63,824 bases of DNA, filler included, from Choristocarpus tenellus KU-1152 (GCA_964200185.2; 14 parts of 14 records of this genome joined end to end with filler, not necessarily neighbours in it), one strand, 5' to 3'. Positions 25,986 through 39,097 are shown, numbered from the whole stretch's first letter. The notes: generated from the letters alone by a model not told the origin. Numbers and translations are program-made.

Positions 25986-26147
25986 CTACTCCTCCACGTT
26001 AGTGGCTCTGGTGTAAATCACTTGTGCATGGTGCGCCGCAACCTGGCGGATGAGTCCCTTCTCCTCAAGCTCACGGATTGCTGCCCGTGCAAGGGAGCCA
26101 TTCACCTTAAGCCGCTCTACGAGACCTGATGCAGTGATGAGCTTCAT
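25986..26147 (-). CDS. RPS25: 40S ribosomal protein S25 (eS25), last coding exon
   Basis: CTACAG| acceptor, then [56 protein letters not shown], the canonical eS25 C-terminal half. Upstream exons were not found in this contig. Confidence 0.95.
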   Translation of the reverse strand: MKLITASGLVERLKVNGSLARAAIRELEEKGLIRQVAAHHAQVIYTRATNVEE

Positions 26148-27295
26148 CTGTAGTGCAGGCACACGGAACAGGGGGGGGAGTAGGGGATACGTCACTTTTT
26201 TTTCTCGATAAAAGAGGTAGACGCAACCCAATGCCAACATTAACAAGAACGTCATGTGCAAACAGTAACATCTATCGAAAATTTAAGACTATAACCTGAG
26301 CATACCACCTCTTACAAAATGGGGAGGCAGGGATAGGGTCAGGTTAAACTGGAACTTGCGAAATTCCATTTAGATCACACTCCTGGTCTGTAGGTGGGTT
26401 GCTAAGGATCATAAGAGGTGTGAGGCGACAAACTAGAGATCTAGGGAAGGATCAGCCAATTAATGCTGCTCTTTTGGTTGAATGTCACAAGAATGCCAAA
26501 AACATTTTGCTAAATAAAGCGAAAATTTCTAGGAAATTTACATAGCCAAAATAAACAGCATTAATATATTGTCAAAAAATTCAAGATTTGTGGCAATGGA
26601 GCCAAAAATGCTTCTACCCATAAGTAATCAACCAGGATAGAAACATGGCCTATGCTAATTGCTGAATGCTGTTCAGAGGGTGTGTAAGGGGCTCAAGGGA
26701 GTGAGTAGAGAACGCCTACCCAATGCATAGAAGTGTCTTAAATGTTGTCAAGAGTTCAATTTCAGTAAACCTTACAAGGGCATCACAAAAGCGAAGACTT
26801 CTCAAAACAGAGATCAAACTTGACCTTCCAACATTGATACTACAGGATACATACTAAAGCCCTTTTAAAAGGCTAATACATACAACGTGTAGGAAGACTT
26901 AACTTGCGCACTACATATATCAATGCTTTTCAGTCAACAGGGTTTGCCTCAAAGGCATAAAAGCTTTTGGTTGCTGATCAGCCGACCACAATGTACTGAG
27001 CCACTATGGTCATCCAGTTGGTGGCGCCCTCTGCAGAAGCTGAACCAGTTGGATTGGGCTTACTTTTCCCCCTGCTTGCAAGACTTACCTAAAAAAGTAC
27101 TCAGCTAAGGGAGTCAATCCTTTGATCTGTTACATCACGCAAGGTTCTACAGAGTGCACATCATATGTTAAAAATGAGTTCACATATTTACTATGCCTTC
27201 ATGAACTGTCTCATAATCAACCTCTTCATTTGACAAATACAGAATTACATAAATCAATCACGAACGACAATCACTAAAACAGGCTCTAAAGCGCA

Positions 27296-27458
27296 GGGTG
27301 AAAGTATTTGGGGGGGGGGTGTCGGCGTCCGTTTTCCACCCTCTTTTCGTGTTATTTGGTGGCACGTGTCGAATTTGAAATGTCAGCAAAAAAACGAGTT
27401 GTTTGACCGAAACGGACGCTCCCTCACAAACCACCCCCCCCCCCAGATACTTTGACCC
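27296..27458. mobile_element. Short MITE family A with both TIRs
   Basis: GGGTGAAAGTATTTGGGGGGG … CCCCCCCAGATACTTTGACCC. Flanks are CGCA / CATA. Confidence 0.85.
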
Positions 27459-27612
27459 CATAACACGACATCAAATAAAAAAAAATACATGTTTTATATT
27501 CAAGTATCCCTCNNNNNNNNNNNNNNNNNNNNNNNNNNNNNNNNNNNNNNNNNNNNTTAATTAATTAANNNNNNNNNNNNNNNNNNNNNNNNNNNNNNNN
27601 NNNNNNNNNNNN

Positions 27613-27855
27613 TATACCTTAGGCTTAGTCGAGATCGCTTCCAAATCGTAGCGATGCCCTCTGCAAAAAATACCGTAATATTTGAACAAAAATATATCCG
27701 GACCCTTAAAAAGTGCCGAAAAAAGGTCATAAAAGGGGCCCTTCCAAGTGCAAATACAGTCGCAAAAAAAAACCTTTCGGTACTTTTTTAAGACCGTTTT
27801 CGCAAAACAACCATCCTCGTAGTCCCGCTCCATCCTCAATTTTGCGAATCCACTG
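27613..27855. mobile_element. Terminal fragment of DNA-transposon family D
   Basis: Ends GCTCCATCCTCAATTTTGCGAATCCACTG. The same terminus occurs at 53096-53126 and in the inverted repeat at 30874-30996. Confidence 0.65.
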
Positions 27856-28990
27856 TTATATCCTGTGGAGGTAAGCTTCTGGAGCGTGTTGTAACATGAT
27901 GCATATTTTCTGTCTCATAAAAATACTCCGAGTAAACGAAAAGGTGCAGCATGAGAAAGGGAAAACATCCGAAGAACAAGAAATTCTGCACTCTAACTTG
28001 CAAAGGAGATAATCACATTCTGTTCGTTTCGCAATCACTACGGGCTTCTCATTTTTGAAATTTGAAACAACAATGTTTCTGGTGCTTCTACAGATTGAGA
28101 TAGGAAACAGTTGCATTTTCCCACTTCAACACACTTTCGGTTATTATTATAGGATAATATTGATGTCTCAATTTGTGGCATCCAGGTGCTGTTTCTTTAG
28201 CATCCCATCTACAAATGGCGTAAGTTTGCCATCCAGATGGCCATTCGTAGAGGGGAAATGCCAATCGCTTCATTGCTGGCACATCATCTCCACAGTCCGT
28301 AAAAGGACTCCTCTTCGAGGAGTTGAAAGGGCGCTCTTTCCTCGCTTTTGAAGGAAATGGAGTGATGATGTCTGTGGGCTGTTAAAAGTAATATTATCGA
28401 CAATTCTCCGACCTTTCCATTCTTAAATCACATCTATTAAAATCTTCATTACATGGTGAGGGATGCTGACTACAGAATTCAACTCGACTTTCTCTGATTT
28501 TCTCTCATAGTTTCGAACTCTTGTAGACAAATTGGTAGATACTATTTCGAAGAGGTCAACAAACATTTCTTGAAGCACAGAAAAGACGAGTGAGAATAAC
28601 AGATTTACTACTGGAGCATTCATGATATTGTGACAGTAATCTGCGGGCAACAATAATACTCTTGATAGCCAGATATATCTTCATATTGCTTCCACAGCGA
28701 AAGAAGAGTTATGTGCAAAAATGGAGTAGAAGTAGGAAGGTCTCAGATCAGGCACAAGCACTACTTGTACTACAAAATTATATATATATATATATATATT
28801 TGGTCCATTCAGACTGGAATAAGTATGGCACTCCCAAGGAAATGAAGCACACATGACATGCATTTTTGTACCGTAAAGCATGGAAGCATCTTGAAACTGA
28901 GCGTGACAAAATTTGCTTGGACGTTATCTAGGATTTCTTGCCTGGACTAGCCTATGGGACTGTACTATGAATTACAACACTCCCGTTATT

Positions 28991-29241
28991 GAGTGAAAGT
29001 AACGAGAGGTACCCTGAGTTGTATTTTAAAGATGCTGACAAATATGTGCATTTTTTTCCTACTTTTACAAATACGATAGGACATTTTCCGAAAAACAATG
29101 TCCAAATTCTTCAAACAATACGGAAGTCAACCTTCTCACGTCAATCTTAGCACTTAATAGAAATATTGTTGCGAAAGATTTAGATACTGACTTGAAATGC
29201 AAAGCGACCAAAACCTGGGTACATCTCATTTACTTTGGCTC
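28991..29241. mobile_element. MITE family F (251 bp)
   Basis: TIRs GAGTGAAAGTAACGAGAGGTACCC / GGGTACATCTCATTTACTTTGGCTC. Confidence 0.85.
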
Positions 29242-30866
29242 TTTCAGCACAACGAAGCTATCCAGCATTGATGATCGACGATAATCTACCAGGTTCAAGC
29301 CTTCTGACTCACCCCGTTACATAGCCTGCCAACTATTGGTCGTTTCTGCTGCATTGCTGCTGTCTACACCAAAGCACTTTCTCCTTATACTGCACAGGCA
29401 ACCCATCATTTTCCTCCACATGTTTCCGTGTAGGTTATATCATGGGACTGAGTTGAACGAACACCATCCAGGTCCCTTTGAAAGACAACCTCATTTGGTT
29501 CCTTGAATGCCTGTGTCTTGAGAAAACAACTAAAGTGGTGGCAACATTTTACTATGTAGATTTCAGTCGTGGGGGTTTCCCTGTGCACTACATTAACTTG
29601 TGGACAATTTTATGGTTCACCCATTCATAGTGCATCTATTGCCCAATATGGGTATTAAAAGAAACTACTGTTGATGAGGCGTCCTAGCACTTGCATTAAC
29701 TTCCACCTCCTCGGTAGAAGTGTTGGAGTTCTTTTCATTCGTATGTATCCTGAGGAATGGTGGTCATATAGCTGCTATTAGTAGTCATGACACATATACT
29801 GAGTACTACCAGCTGTGTTCAACCCACTGCACCTATGCTTGTCCAGGTAATACTCGAAAGGGTTTTGCCGTATTTGAAGGCAGATAGCTATTTCAATTGT
29901 TCAAAGAAAAAAACCTGCTAGGTTACAAATGAAATGATGGCGCCTAAAACGAGTCTATGACCCTGTAACCACTACTCAACCACAAACAACCAATCAGATG
30001 TGTATATGTGCGGGGGGTAAGGGTGACCTAAGAGGTTCAGAAATCCCTTCCTTCACCAGTGCCATCTCGGCGCACCCAGTTTGTAATTTGGACCGCTAGA
30101 GGTGTACCATCAAGAAAAGGTCGGGACACATCCAATCGAGGGAAGTTTGAGATTTGGATCCTATCACGTGTATCTTCTGGACATGTGATCTCATTCAGTC
30201 AAAACAATCCCCGATCAAGCTGGGCAATATCTGTTATAGAGGACATGTCCTCTAAAACATATCAGGTTTATCTTCTCAAACACCCAATATGGCTACTCTG
30301 CCTCAATTCTAATATGAGAAAAGTTTATTGATTCATTTCAGTTTTGACGAAAGAAGATAATGCATTTGGAAATAGATTATTAGGAAAGGTCAACTATTTC
30401 GTTTCTGAGACGAGAATGGTAGTCGGGGAAATGGTCCTATATTTTATATCGTTTCCAAGTTAATGGCATGACCACCTTGTATTGTCAACAAACGTTCAAC
30501 GCGGACCTCAAACTGTTTGCTTCTTGGAATTGTGAGGGGTCATAATAGCACTTCCACAATTACATTTGATAGTTGTTTCTCTTTGTCATATTGATTTTGG
30601 TATATTTTTCTGGTGGTATTTTTAATATTGTATATTTTATTATTACCTGTATGTTAGTATGTTGCCATTTTTCTTCAACAGTGCAATATTATTTATTTAT
30701 GTATGGTTATTGTATCTCCCAACATTTTGATATACCCAAAACGACTACTCCACCTCAATTCAAAAATGAGAAAAGTTTACCTGTTCACTTCAGTTTTCAC
30801 GAAAGAAGGTACTACATTTGCAAATAGAATAGGAAATGTCATGTATTCATTCGAAAATGATAATTA

Positions 30867-30996
30867 CAGCCGATTTCAAAAATTGAGGATGGAGCTTTTC
30901 ATTGAGGATGGGCTTGACCCAAAATTGACTGGGATAAAGTGTCGATATGTATAAAAGCCCATCCTCAATGAAAAGCTCCATCCTCAATTTTTGAAA
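30867..30996. mobile_element. Family D mini-element with a perfect 42-bp inverted repeat
   Basis: 30874-30915 is the exact reverse complement of 30955-30996, with a 39-nt spacer. Confidence 0.85.
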
Positions 30997-31864
30997 ATTA
31001 AGTAAATGGTCGTATATTTTATACTATTTCCAAGTTAAGGGAATGGCCACCTTGTATTGTCAATATATATTTAACATACACCTCAAATTGTCTACTTTTT
31101 TGAATCATAATAGTACTAAAAAATGTATCTAACCTGATATCATAATTGTTTCTCTTTGATACAGATTTTGCTATATTTTTCTGGTCGTGTTTCATATTGC
31201 ATTTTATATGATTACATGTATGTTGGTACGTTACCATTTTTCTTCCAGAGTACAAAAGTATTTTTTGAATGTATTGTTATCGAGTCTACCAACATTCTGA
31301 AATGTCACCACAAAGAGATTACATGGGAAAATATTATATAGTTCATGTTGAGCAATGTTTCGAGTGTTACGGAATATACTAACCACTCAAAGCGAATGTA
31401 TTACTGGAATCAAGACTGGAAGAGAGACCTGTAATAATACTTATGGCATATATACTGAGTACTACCAGCTGTGTTCAACCCACTGCACCTATGCTTGTCC
31501 AGGTAATACTCGAAAGGGTTTTGCCGTATTTGAAGACAGATAGCTATTTCAATTGTGCAAAGAAAAAAACTTGCTAGGTTACAAATGAAATGATGGCGCC
31601 TAAAACGAGTCTATGACCCTGTAACCACTACCCAACCACAAACAACCAATCAGATGTGTATATGTGCGGGGGGTAAGGGTGACCTAAAAGGTTCAGAAAT
31701 CCCTTCCTTCACCAGTGCCATATCGGCGCACCCAGTTTGTCATTTGGACAACTAGAGGTGTACCACCAAGAAAAGGTCGGGACACATCCAATCGTGGGAA
31801 GTTTGAGATTTGGATCCTATCACGTGTATCTTCTGGACATGTGATCTCATTCAGTCGAAGCAAT

Positions 31865-32040
31865 GACACAAAGTATCTGTGGGGGTGGTCTACACCAGGG
31901 TGTCCATTTGGCCCATAACCAGGAAAAGTGCACCTACATTATCCATCCGACGTATGCAACCATATCATCCAAAAATCGCGACATGAAAAAATTGGCCCCA
32001 AATGAACCGCCGCCACCTCCCCTCCCAGATACTTTGAGCA
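31865..32040 (-). mobile_element. MITE family B (176 bp) inserted into one copy of the duplication, AAT duplicated
   Basis: TIRs GACACAAAGTATCTG / CAGATACTTTGAGCA. The paralogous empty site is at 30206-30208. Confidence 0.92.
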
Positions 32041-33610
32041 AATCTCCGATCAAGATGGGGAGTATTTGTTATAGAGGACATACATGTTCTCTACAACAGA
32101 TAAGATCTATCTTCTCAAACACCCAAAATGACTACTTCGGTTCAATTGATATGAGAAAAGTTTATTGGTTGATTTCAGTTTTGAGGTAAGAATACATTTG
32201 GAAATAGATTAGGAAAGGTCATCTATTCTTGTACTAACGCAAAAATGGTAGTCGGGGAAATCGTCCTATATTTTATACTGTTTTCAAGTTAATGGAATGA
32301 CCACATTGTATTGTCAATAAATGTTCAAGATGAACCATAAATTGTTTGCTTTTTGAAGTTGTAAGTGGTCAAATAATACCGAAAAAATATTACATTTGAT
32401 AGTTGTTTCTCTTTGATATAGATTTTGCTATTTTTTTCTGGGCATAATATATATTTTACATTATATATAGTATTATTATGCCTTCTTACACTTTACAGAT
32501 ATCTTAGGGGGAAGCCAATGAAAACTATACATGTTGTCAGTATATTATATTTTTACATCTATTTTGGTATGTTACCATTTTTCTTCAACAGTACAATAGT
32601 ATTTGTGGTATGTATGGTTATTGGGTCTACCAACATTCTGAGATGTCATCACAAAGAGATTACATAGAAAAATATTATTTAGTCGCTGTTGCCAAATGTT
32701 TCGGGTATTATCGAATGTATTAACCATTGGAAGCGATTTATTCAAATCGAAAAATGTATTATCGATCAGAATATCGAGAAAAAGACGTTTCGTGTAGAAA
32801 CATGTTTCAATTTCCTAGTTGTTTGATTTCGGCTAATGGAAATGATATTGATTCTCAGTTGTTTTCCATACTCCATATCGAATCTATCGAAGTGACCGAT
32901 CATTATGGCGATGATGGGTTTGTTCAATTCACTATAAACAAATGTTCTGGATTGGACTACAACCCATATTCATATGAATGTATTAATGGAATGAAGACTA
33001 CAAGACAGACCTATACGAGAGTGAGAATTTCTCTTCTTCATAGAACAGATGAGTGCTTTGGAAAGCCATACCCAGGAGAAAGTTCTGGTAAGAAATTCAT
33101 CTATCATATGTCCCGATTTCTATTGAAACTCTACGTTTTTTCATGCTGGGAACGCAACTTCTTCTGTTAAGAGGAATGGTGGGTACAATAGGTAGCGGAA
33201 TAACTCGTTCCATTAGAGTTTGGGCTTGATCAACGACGACCATTTTGTTTGTTTTCAGGTGTAGGGTTTCTTGCTGTAAATTGAGTACAGGACCTGAAGG
33301 AGGGTCGTTAACCAGAAACAAGCGGGTGGGTCTGTTGACTTTCGTTTTCGTTTTAGATCGGACTTGGTGAAAGGAGTGACAGGAAAAACGAGGCTTTATC
33401 GTTTTGGCTTACTTTTCGAGGTCGAGATACTTCAAAACTGTGGAGGGTTCTCATTTTCATTTGCAACATCAAGGAGGGTTGTTACACGGCACTGGTCAAC
33501 CCCTTTTTAAAAGAGAAGATAATAGAAAAGTAGCCAACGTTCTCTAGTGAAACCCTTGCACTCTGACCGAGTTCATTGCTCATCAGAAGGGGGTGGAGAC
33601 CGAGCCTCAC

Positions 33611-35167
33611 ATGTCTCGGACTGAGGTTGCCGAATGTATGGAACCATCACGACCCTCTAAATGGCGACAGAAACAGCGGTGCTGGAAGTTCACCGTGAAA
33701 GGAGTGTCACACCAAGGTGAACCCTCATCCCTCTTATTTCCGCCTTGCCAAAAAGGTTGGTTGCCACTGATGTTCGCTGTAAGGCTTATTTTTCCCTTTT
33801 CTCGGGAAATGGAAAACAGAGTGAACATTATCGGTTTGTGAGGGTATTTGCGTCTTATGCTACCCCACACCCATTAGGAACATTTCATAATTGTGTTGCG
33901 CAGCCTTTCTTGATCTTACTGGAAGTTAGGAGCGATTGTTTTCCCTCTAGGTAGGCCAACCCTCTCGCCTCCTCTTCGCTCTACTCAGTGTCGCAGGACC
34001 AGCTCCTCGCTGATGTCCTGGGGCGTTACACCACAGTGATTGAGCTCACTGTTTTGGGTGGGAGTGAGGGCCCATCGGATTACATCAGTGTGAAGATTCA
34101 GTTCAAAGGACCCCAGCCGAGCGAGGGTCCTGCTGCTCTTCTCCTGGATCTACTCCATGGTACAGACGTCGTAGCGGAACCAGTGGACCTCCCAAGAGGT
34201 CGTAAGAAACGCCAACGCCGGAATTCTAGCCTGGATGCCAGTGACTCAGGTGTGTGTTTCGAACATAAAATGGAGGTTGATCATACCCTTCTTACTCTAC
34301 CCCTATATTCCGCCATGGGGGTTGGAGGACGTGATGCATACTATCTTGGGCACTGGGTGTATGGTCAGCTGTCTTGGGAATTTTGTTTGGAAGCTGTTCA
34401 TCGTATAAAAGGATAGGAATTCCTCATGTGGAAATCGATTTGATCAACTTTTGTTATGGAAGGGTCGCAAGTGAATGTTGGTAGGTGTTGCACCTTCTGG
34501 TCTGCAGCTCTTATCGGCCCTATTTATTTATTTCCTCCTCTGACTTTCGCCCTGGAACTGGTTATGCTTTGCTCTTTACTGTGCATGGTCCTTCGAACGC
34601 TGATGCAGACCCAGATAATGAGGCAGCCTCAACGAATCCTGTTGGATATGTGCCAGAGAGAAACGGGAAGCCTCTCATGGCCAGGCCAAAAGAGGAGTTA
34701 CTTCACAAGTGGACGGAAGGCCAACACAACATAAAACAACACTCCAAGTTCAAAGGCGATGAGGACAAACATACTCCGTTTTTATCGTCCATGCTTGCTA
34801 ATCGCAATGGTTCTCCAGCTCACCATGGGGGTACTCATATGAACCAAGGATACGTTCATCAGAGCCCCAAATTACAGATCCCAGAATTGATGCCTACTCC
34901 TGTGGAGAAGGTGAAGATGCCAAGTGTGGTGGTGACTAAGGAGGGGCATATTTCACATGATAAAGGGGACGGTGGGCCGGAGAATGGGGGGGTGGTAGAA
35001 GACGACACAGGTTGGGATGATCTGATGGAGCATGTGTCAGAGAACCACCAGTTCCCCTCCAGTCACCCTGTACCTCTTGATGTGCTTCTATTGTCAAGCA
35101 CAGGTAGTAGTAGCAACCTTATTGTGAAGGAGGAGCCTGAAGCACAAAGTGGTGATGTGATTGGAGG
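33611..35167 (+). CDS. Putative nuclear protein, 5' part (exons 33611-33716, 33989-34249, 34609 to contig end); N-terminus resembles a degenerate CRESS-virus Rep HUH domain
   Basis: Three phase-compatible exons with GT/AG borders. The spliced product reads …KQRCWKFTVKG…RYTTVIELTVLGGSEGPSDYISVKIQFKGPQ…LLHGTDVVAEP…RGRKKRQRR followed by a disordered tail. Exon structure is well supported; the Rep resemblance is by-eye inference. Confidence 0.7.
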
Positions 35168-35436
35168 NNNNNNNNNNNNNNNNNNNNNNNNNNNNNNNNN
35201 NNNNNNNNNNNTTAATTAATTAANNNNNNNNNNNNNNNNNNNNNNNNNNNNNNNNNNNNNNNNNNNNTTCAAATCCGACCCGTGCGACCAAATCACACCA
35301 AAAAAATGAAAATCGAAAAAAGGGCGAAAAACGGACGCCGACACCCCCCCCCCCCCAAGATACTTTGACCCTGCGGCATACATTGCACACATTGTAGAAT
35401 GCACATGGCAGGGTGGTAAGGAGGGCAGCAACCCAC

Positions 35437-37798
35437 CTGCACAACTGCCTTCACTAGAGGCCATGCTATGTCCTGTTCTTCGTTGTCAGTGCACAGCCCA
35501 ACATTACTGAAACCGCACTGTGGGATGGTGTCCTCCTGTGAGATGGTGTCCTCCTGTGAGATGGTGTCTCCTCTTCTGGACAATGCAGACTTGAGTAGGG
35601 CTGCAATGAAGGTCGGTGTCATCTGGTCACGACGGTACCCATTCTTACCTCCTCCGGTGGCGTGGATTATACGCTCCTCCAGTTGGTCATAAACGCGGTC
35701 CCACTCATCTGCTGGGACACTACCCAACATGAGAAGAGTCTCCCCAGGAATGACCGCACAATTCTGAAGACCTCTCTCACCACTGTTATCGTGCGAGGGA
35801 TAGCAGAACGTGGAAAAACTTCAAGTTAGGGCATGATGGATAACTTCGACCACATGCCACCTTCTCCCTGAGGCACTTATTCACTCCCACATATATCCTG
35901 ACCACTATTAGTAGAAGAGGAGTTTATCGTGTGCGTACGTTGATGCATAAACACTGAATATTAGGAAAATATATGTTCGAAATCAATATTTGCTTTGTTC
36001 GGAACAGAGAACCTTCTCACCTCAATCACAAGTTCTTTCCTACATTGACAGTGTGGATATATGTAGATGACCTATACTACGACGGGAGGAAATATATGAT
36101 GTATAGAGCTTGGCGACTTTCCCATAGTTGTCCGCCACGGTTCTTTGATTACCGTACCTTGCATTGCCACTGTATTGTTACCGATATCAAATCTTTGGTT
36201 ATTCCTGCTGTAATGTTACAGGCAAGCTCCAGAACTTACCTCCACAGAATGTGTAACTCAAACCCACCGAACTTGAAACGACGCTATGGGGATGTTGTCC
36301 TTGGTGAAAGTTTGTTGCGTGTCAGACAGCCTTCTCTTGATACTCCACTCAGTGCGTAGGCTAAAGCGTGACTCAATGTTTTTTTCATGATCAAAGACTG
36401 TTTTAAGAGGGGTGATGGTTTTGACCAAAAGCCCTTTTATTATTTTGATCATCCACCCGACTTCTTTGGTCTTCTATGCAAGTGCTGTATACGTACTCCA
36501 ATCATAAACCTTTATTTTGCAACTTCTTAGGAGCTTTGACGTTTTCTTCTGTAATGTTACGCATGCATTAAGAATCTTGCTCTGTATCTTCTACGAAAAC
36601 AACATTTATTCTGTGAGACTACCTATGTGCTATTAATCTCATATACTGCTCGCGCTTGTTAGAACACCAGAAGCAATGCTCGCACTATTGACGTGTACTA
36701 AATGCTCGTGTTTCGTAAAACACGAGAAGAAATGCTCGCGCTACTCGTCTGTAACAGTAATTCCATACAGTACTTGTTCCCTTGTTCTAGTAAAGCATAA
36801 GAAAATAATAAACCTTCTAAATGAACACATGGTGAAGCACCAGTAACGTCTGTGGCATATCAGTGTCATGTTGGGGGTCCCTATTTAAATTGTCTTATTA
36901 TAAGCCAGGGCCATCCAGTACTATAAGTACCACTGTCTTGTAAAATGGTTTGGAAGCCACCAACCCCACAGTTATTATATTTGCAGTTTTTCAAACCACA
37001 AGCTTAGCTGTATCTACTTCATGCATCACTTGTGTGTGTGTGTGTGTGTGTAGATTGGAAGGTATTTGTTCTGAGGAGTACATTAACAGTGATGAAGTAG
37101 TAATCTAGAGCATTTTTGCATCAATATTCCCGTTGTCATCCCTCTGGTCATACGGGTGATACAGATGTCAACATGCAGAACTAAAACATTTAATACGAGT
37201 GTATGTATATTTTCTAGTCTGCAGTATTATGCAATCAACAATATTTGTGCAGTGCTTGTAAGGGAGGAAATTCCACTTTGGATGGCCTATCATATCTTCT
37301 GCTCCTCGGTCTTGTTCACTTTGGGTTGCTGGTAAGGTACCTATGTACGATCTTGTATGGACGGAGACCAATAAGATAGTATAGCCGAGAAATCATCATG
37401 AAGCCCTGAACACACACTCGATCATGTCTATTCAGCAACCCAGCAGTCCATCAACAATGAACGGATAAATACAAGAGTTTTGTTCAACCAGTGTTTTTAA
37501 ATCCATCCTCCATATGTCACAAGATTGAAGCATAATGAGAGCACTTGAACTATTAATCGTATCACCTGCTGGTCTTGGATGAGTGCACCCCGAAAGTCCA
37601 TTCGTTCAAGCCAACTACAATGACTCTTCGTTCCACCACCACGTCCGAAGGAGAGGCTTGACCGATAGCAAGAACCGCGCACCCATACCTGGGAAACCAT
37701 TTTACTGTCTCATTGTCAGACACGAAAGATGCTGCATTTTCCACAGCCTTGCGCCATTTCCCTCGGCCCACTACTTGGGGCCATTGGTAGTCATTGTT
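35437..37798 (-). CDS. Two exons (37798-37566, 35782-35437) of a large protein, DUF6606-like N-terminal region
   Basis: The phase-2 junction AG|T joins correctly. TPTFIAALLKSAL..G and AWPLVKAVVQ resemble the P.lit.ll.aiL..G and W..lRv.lQ motifs of DUF6606/DUF3638/DUF3645 proteins. There is an 18-bp in-frame repeat (DTISQE). Confidence 0.6.
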
Positions 37799-38451
37799 CT
37801 GATACAGTCGATTGTGGGGAAGGTTCGATGCAAGCCAAACAATGCAAGGCACCAAATTAAGGCAGGGAGGCGGCACAGGGATAGCCAAGAAAGTGAGAGC
37901 AAGATCTCCCGTGTACTGCAAGCCAGTGTCTGATCATTTTTCTTCTTTATAACAGCACCACTGTAATTTGAAGCACAGCTGGACAGGAACAGGTTTTAGG
38001 GTTTCGTAGACTGGAACACACCTGATCGTCGCATATTGGAGGAATTATAATACTGTTGTGTATCCACTAGCACACTGTTGTACACTGTATAGGTCTATAG
38101 TAGGGTCGTGTACTTGTTTCAGAATACTTTCGATCATCCCTGGACAGTAGCCAAGTTCAGCTTGTCCTCAATTTTTCCTCATCACACTAATGATGTAGGT
38201 GTTGAATGTTGGACATCACAAGAAGAAAGTTATGGGTCAGACCCTTGGACCTTCGCATAACTAATTTCGAATCTGTCAGTGAGTGNNNNNNNNNNNNNNN
38301 NNNNNNNNNNNNNNNNNNNNNNNNNNNNNTTAATTAATTAANNNNNNNNNNNNNNNNNNNNNNNNNNNNNNNNNNNNNNNNNNNNGGGGTGGTAGAGGGA
38401 AATAGGGGGGGGGGTGTTGTGGTGTTTGGGGGGGGGGGGGGGGGGGGTTGT

Positions 38452-38484
<33 letters not shown>

Positions 38485-39092
38485 TGAGATCGATTCCTCA
38501 TCATTTCCTGCTTCTATTAGTTAAATAGGTGCTGAACATGTAAAGGATGAAGGTTTTGGTGATTAGTGGTAGAGGTATATTTCTCTGCAGGTTTTGGAAT
38601 AGAAAGTTATGTTGATCTTACCAATGATCAAAAAAACAAACAAAAAAACACAGGACTGAACTGCCCTTTTGCATGGAAGGCATTTCATCTAGATATCCTT
38701 TTTTTCCTGGTGGGCAGTTCTTACTGGCACTACAAATTTTTTTTTGATGTTCAAGCGAAATGATCTCTCTCTCTCTTAAGTAATTAAAATATTACTAGTT
38801 TTTGTACTCTACTGTAGCAATGTGATGTCAACGAAAACATATTTTGAGGATGAGGACTGTCCTAAGCGACATCACAACGTCAATGTGAAGATGTACTGTT
38901 ATTGTTATTATTATTATTGTTATTGTTATTGGAAATATGAATGTAGTCTTGATAGATGTGCACCGTTATTATTATTATTATTATTATTACTTCATATTTT
39001 TTTCCTTCCATGCCGCCATCACACAAACAGGGCACCACAACATTAAACACGATCATGAGGTAACGCAGTGTGTAGCACAGTGTGCAACACAA

Positions 39093-39097
<5 letters not shown>

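Larger units (their letters stand above)
29794..32730. repeat. Local tandem segmental duplication, period about 1.66 kb, with older internal sub-repeats
   Basis: 29794-30200 is nearly identical to 31450-31857. More diverged AT-rich units lie at about 30300-30740, 30750-31380 and 32120-32730. Confidence 0.9.

Noticed and set aside
34195-34221. RGRKKRQRR similarity to the HIV Tat basic peptide
   Set aside because: A short low-complexity basic tract, adequately explained as a nuclear localisation signal.
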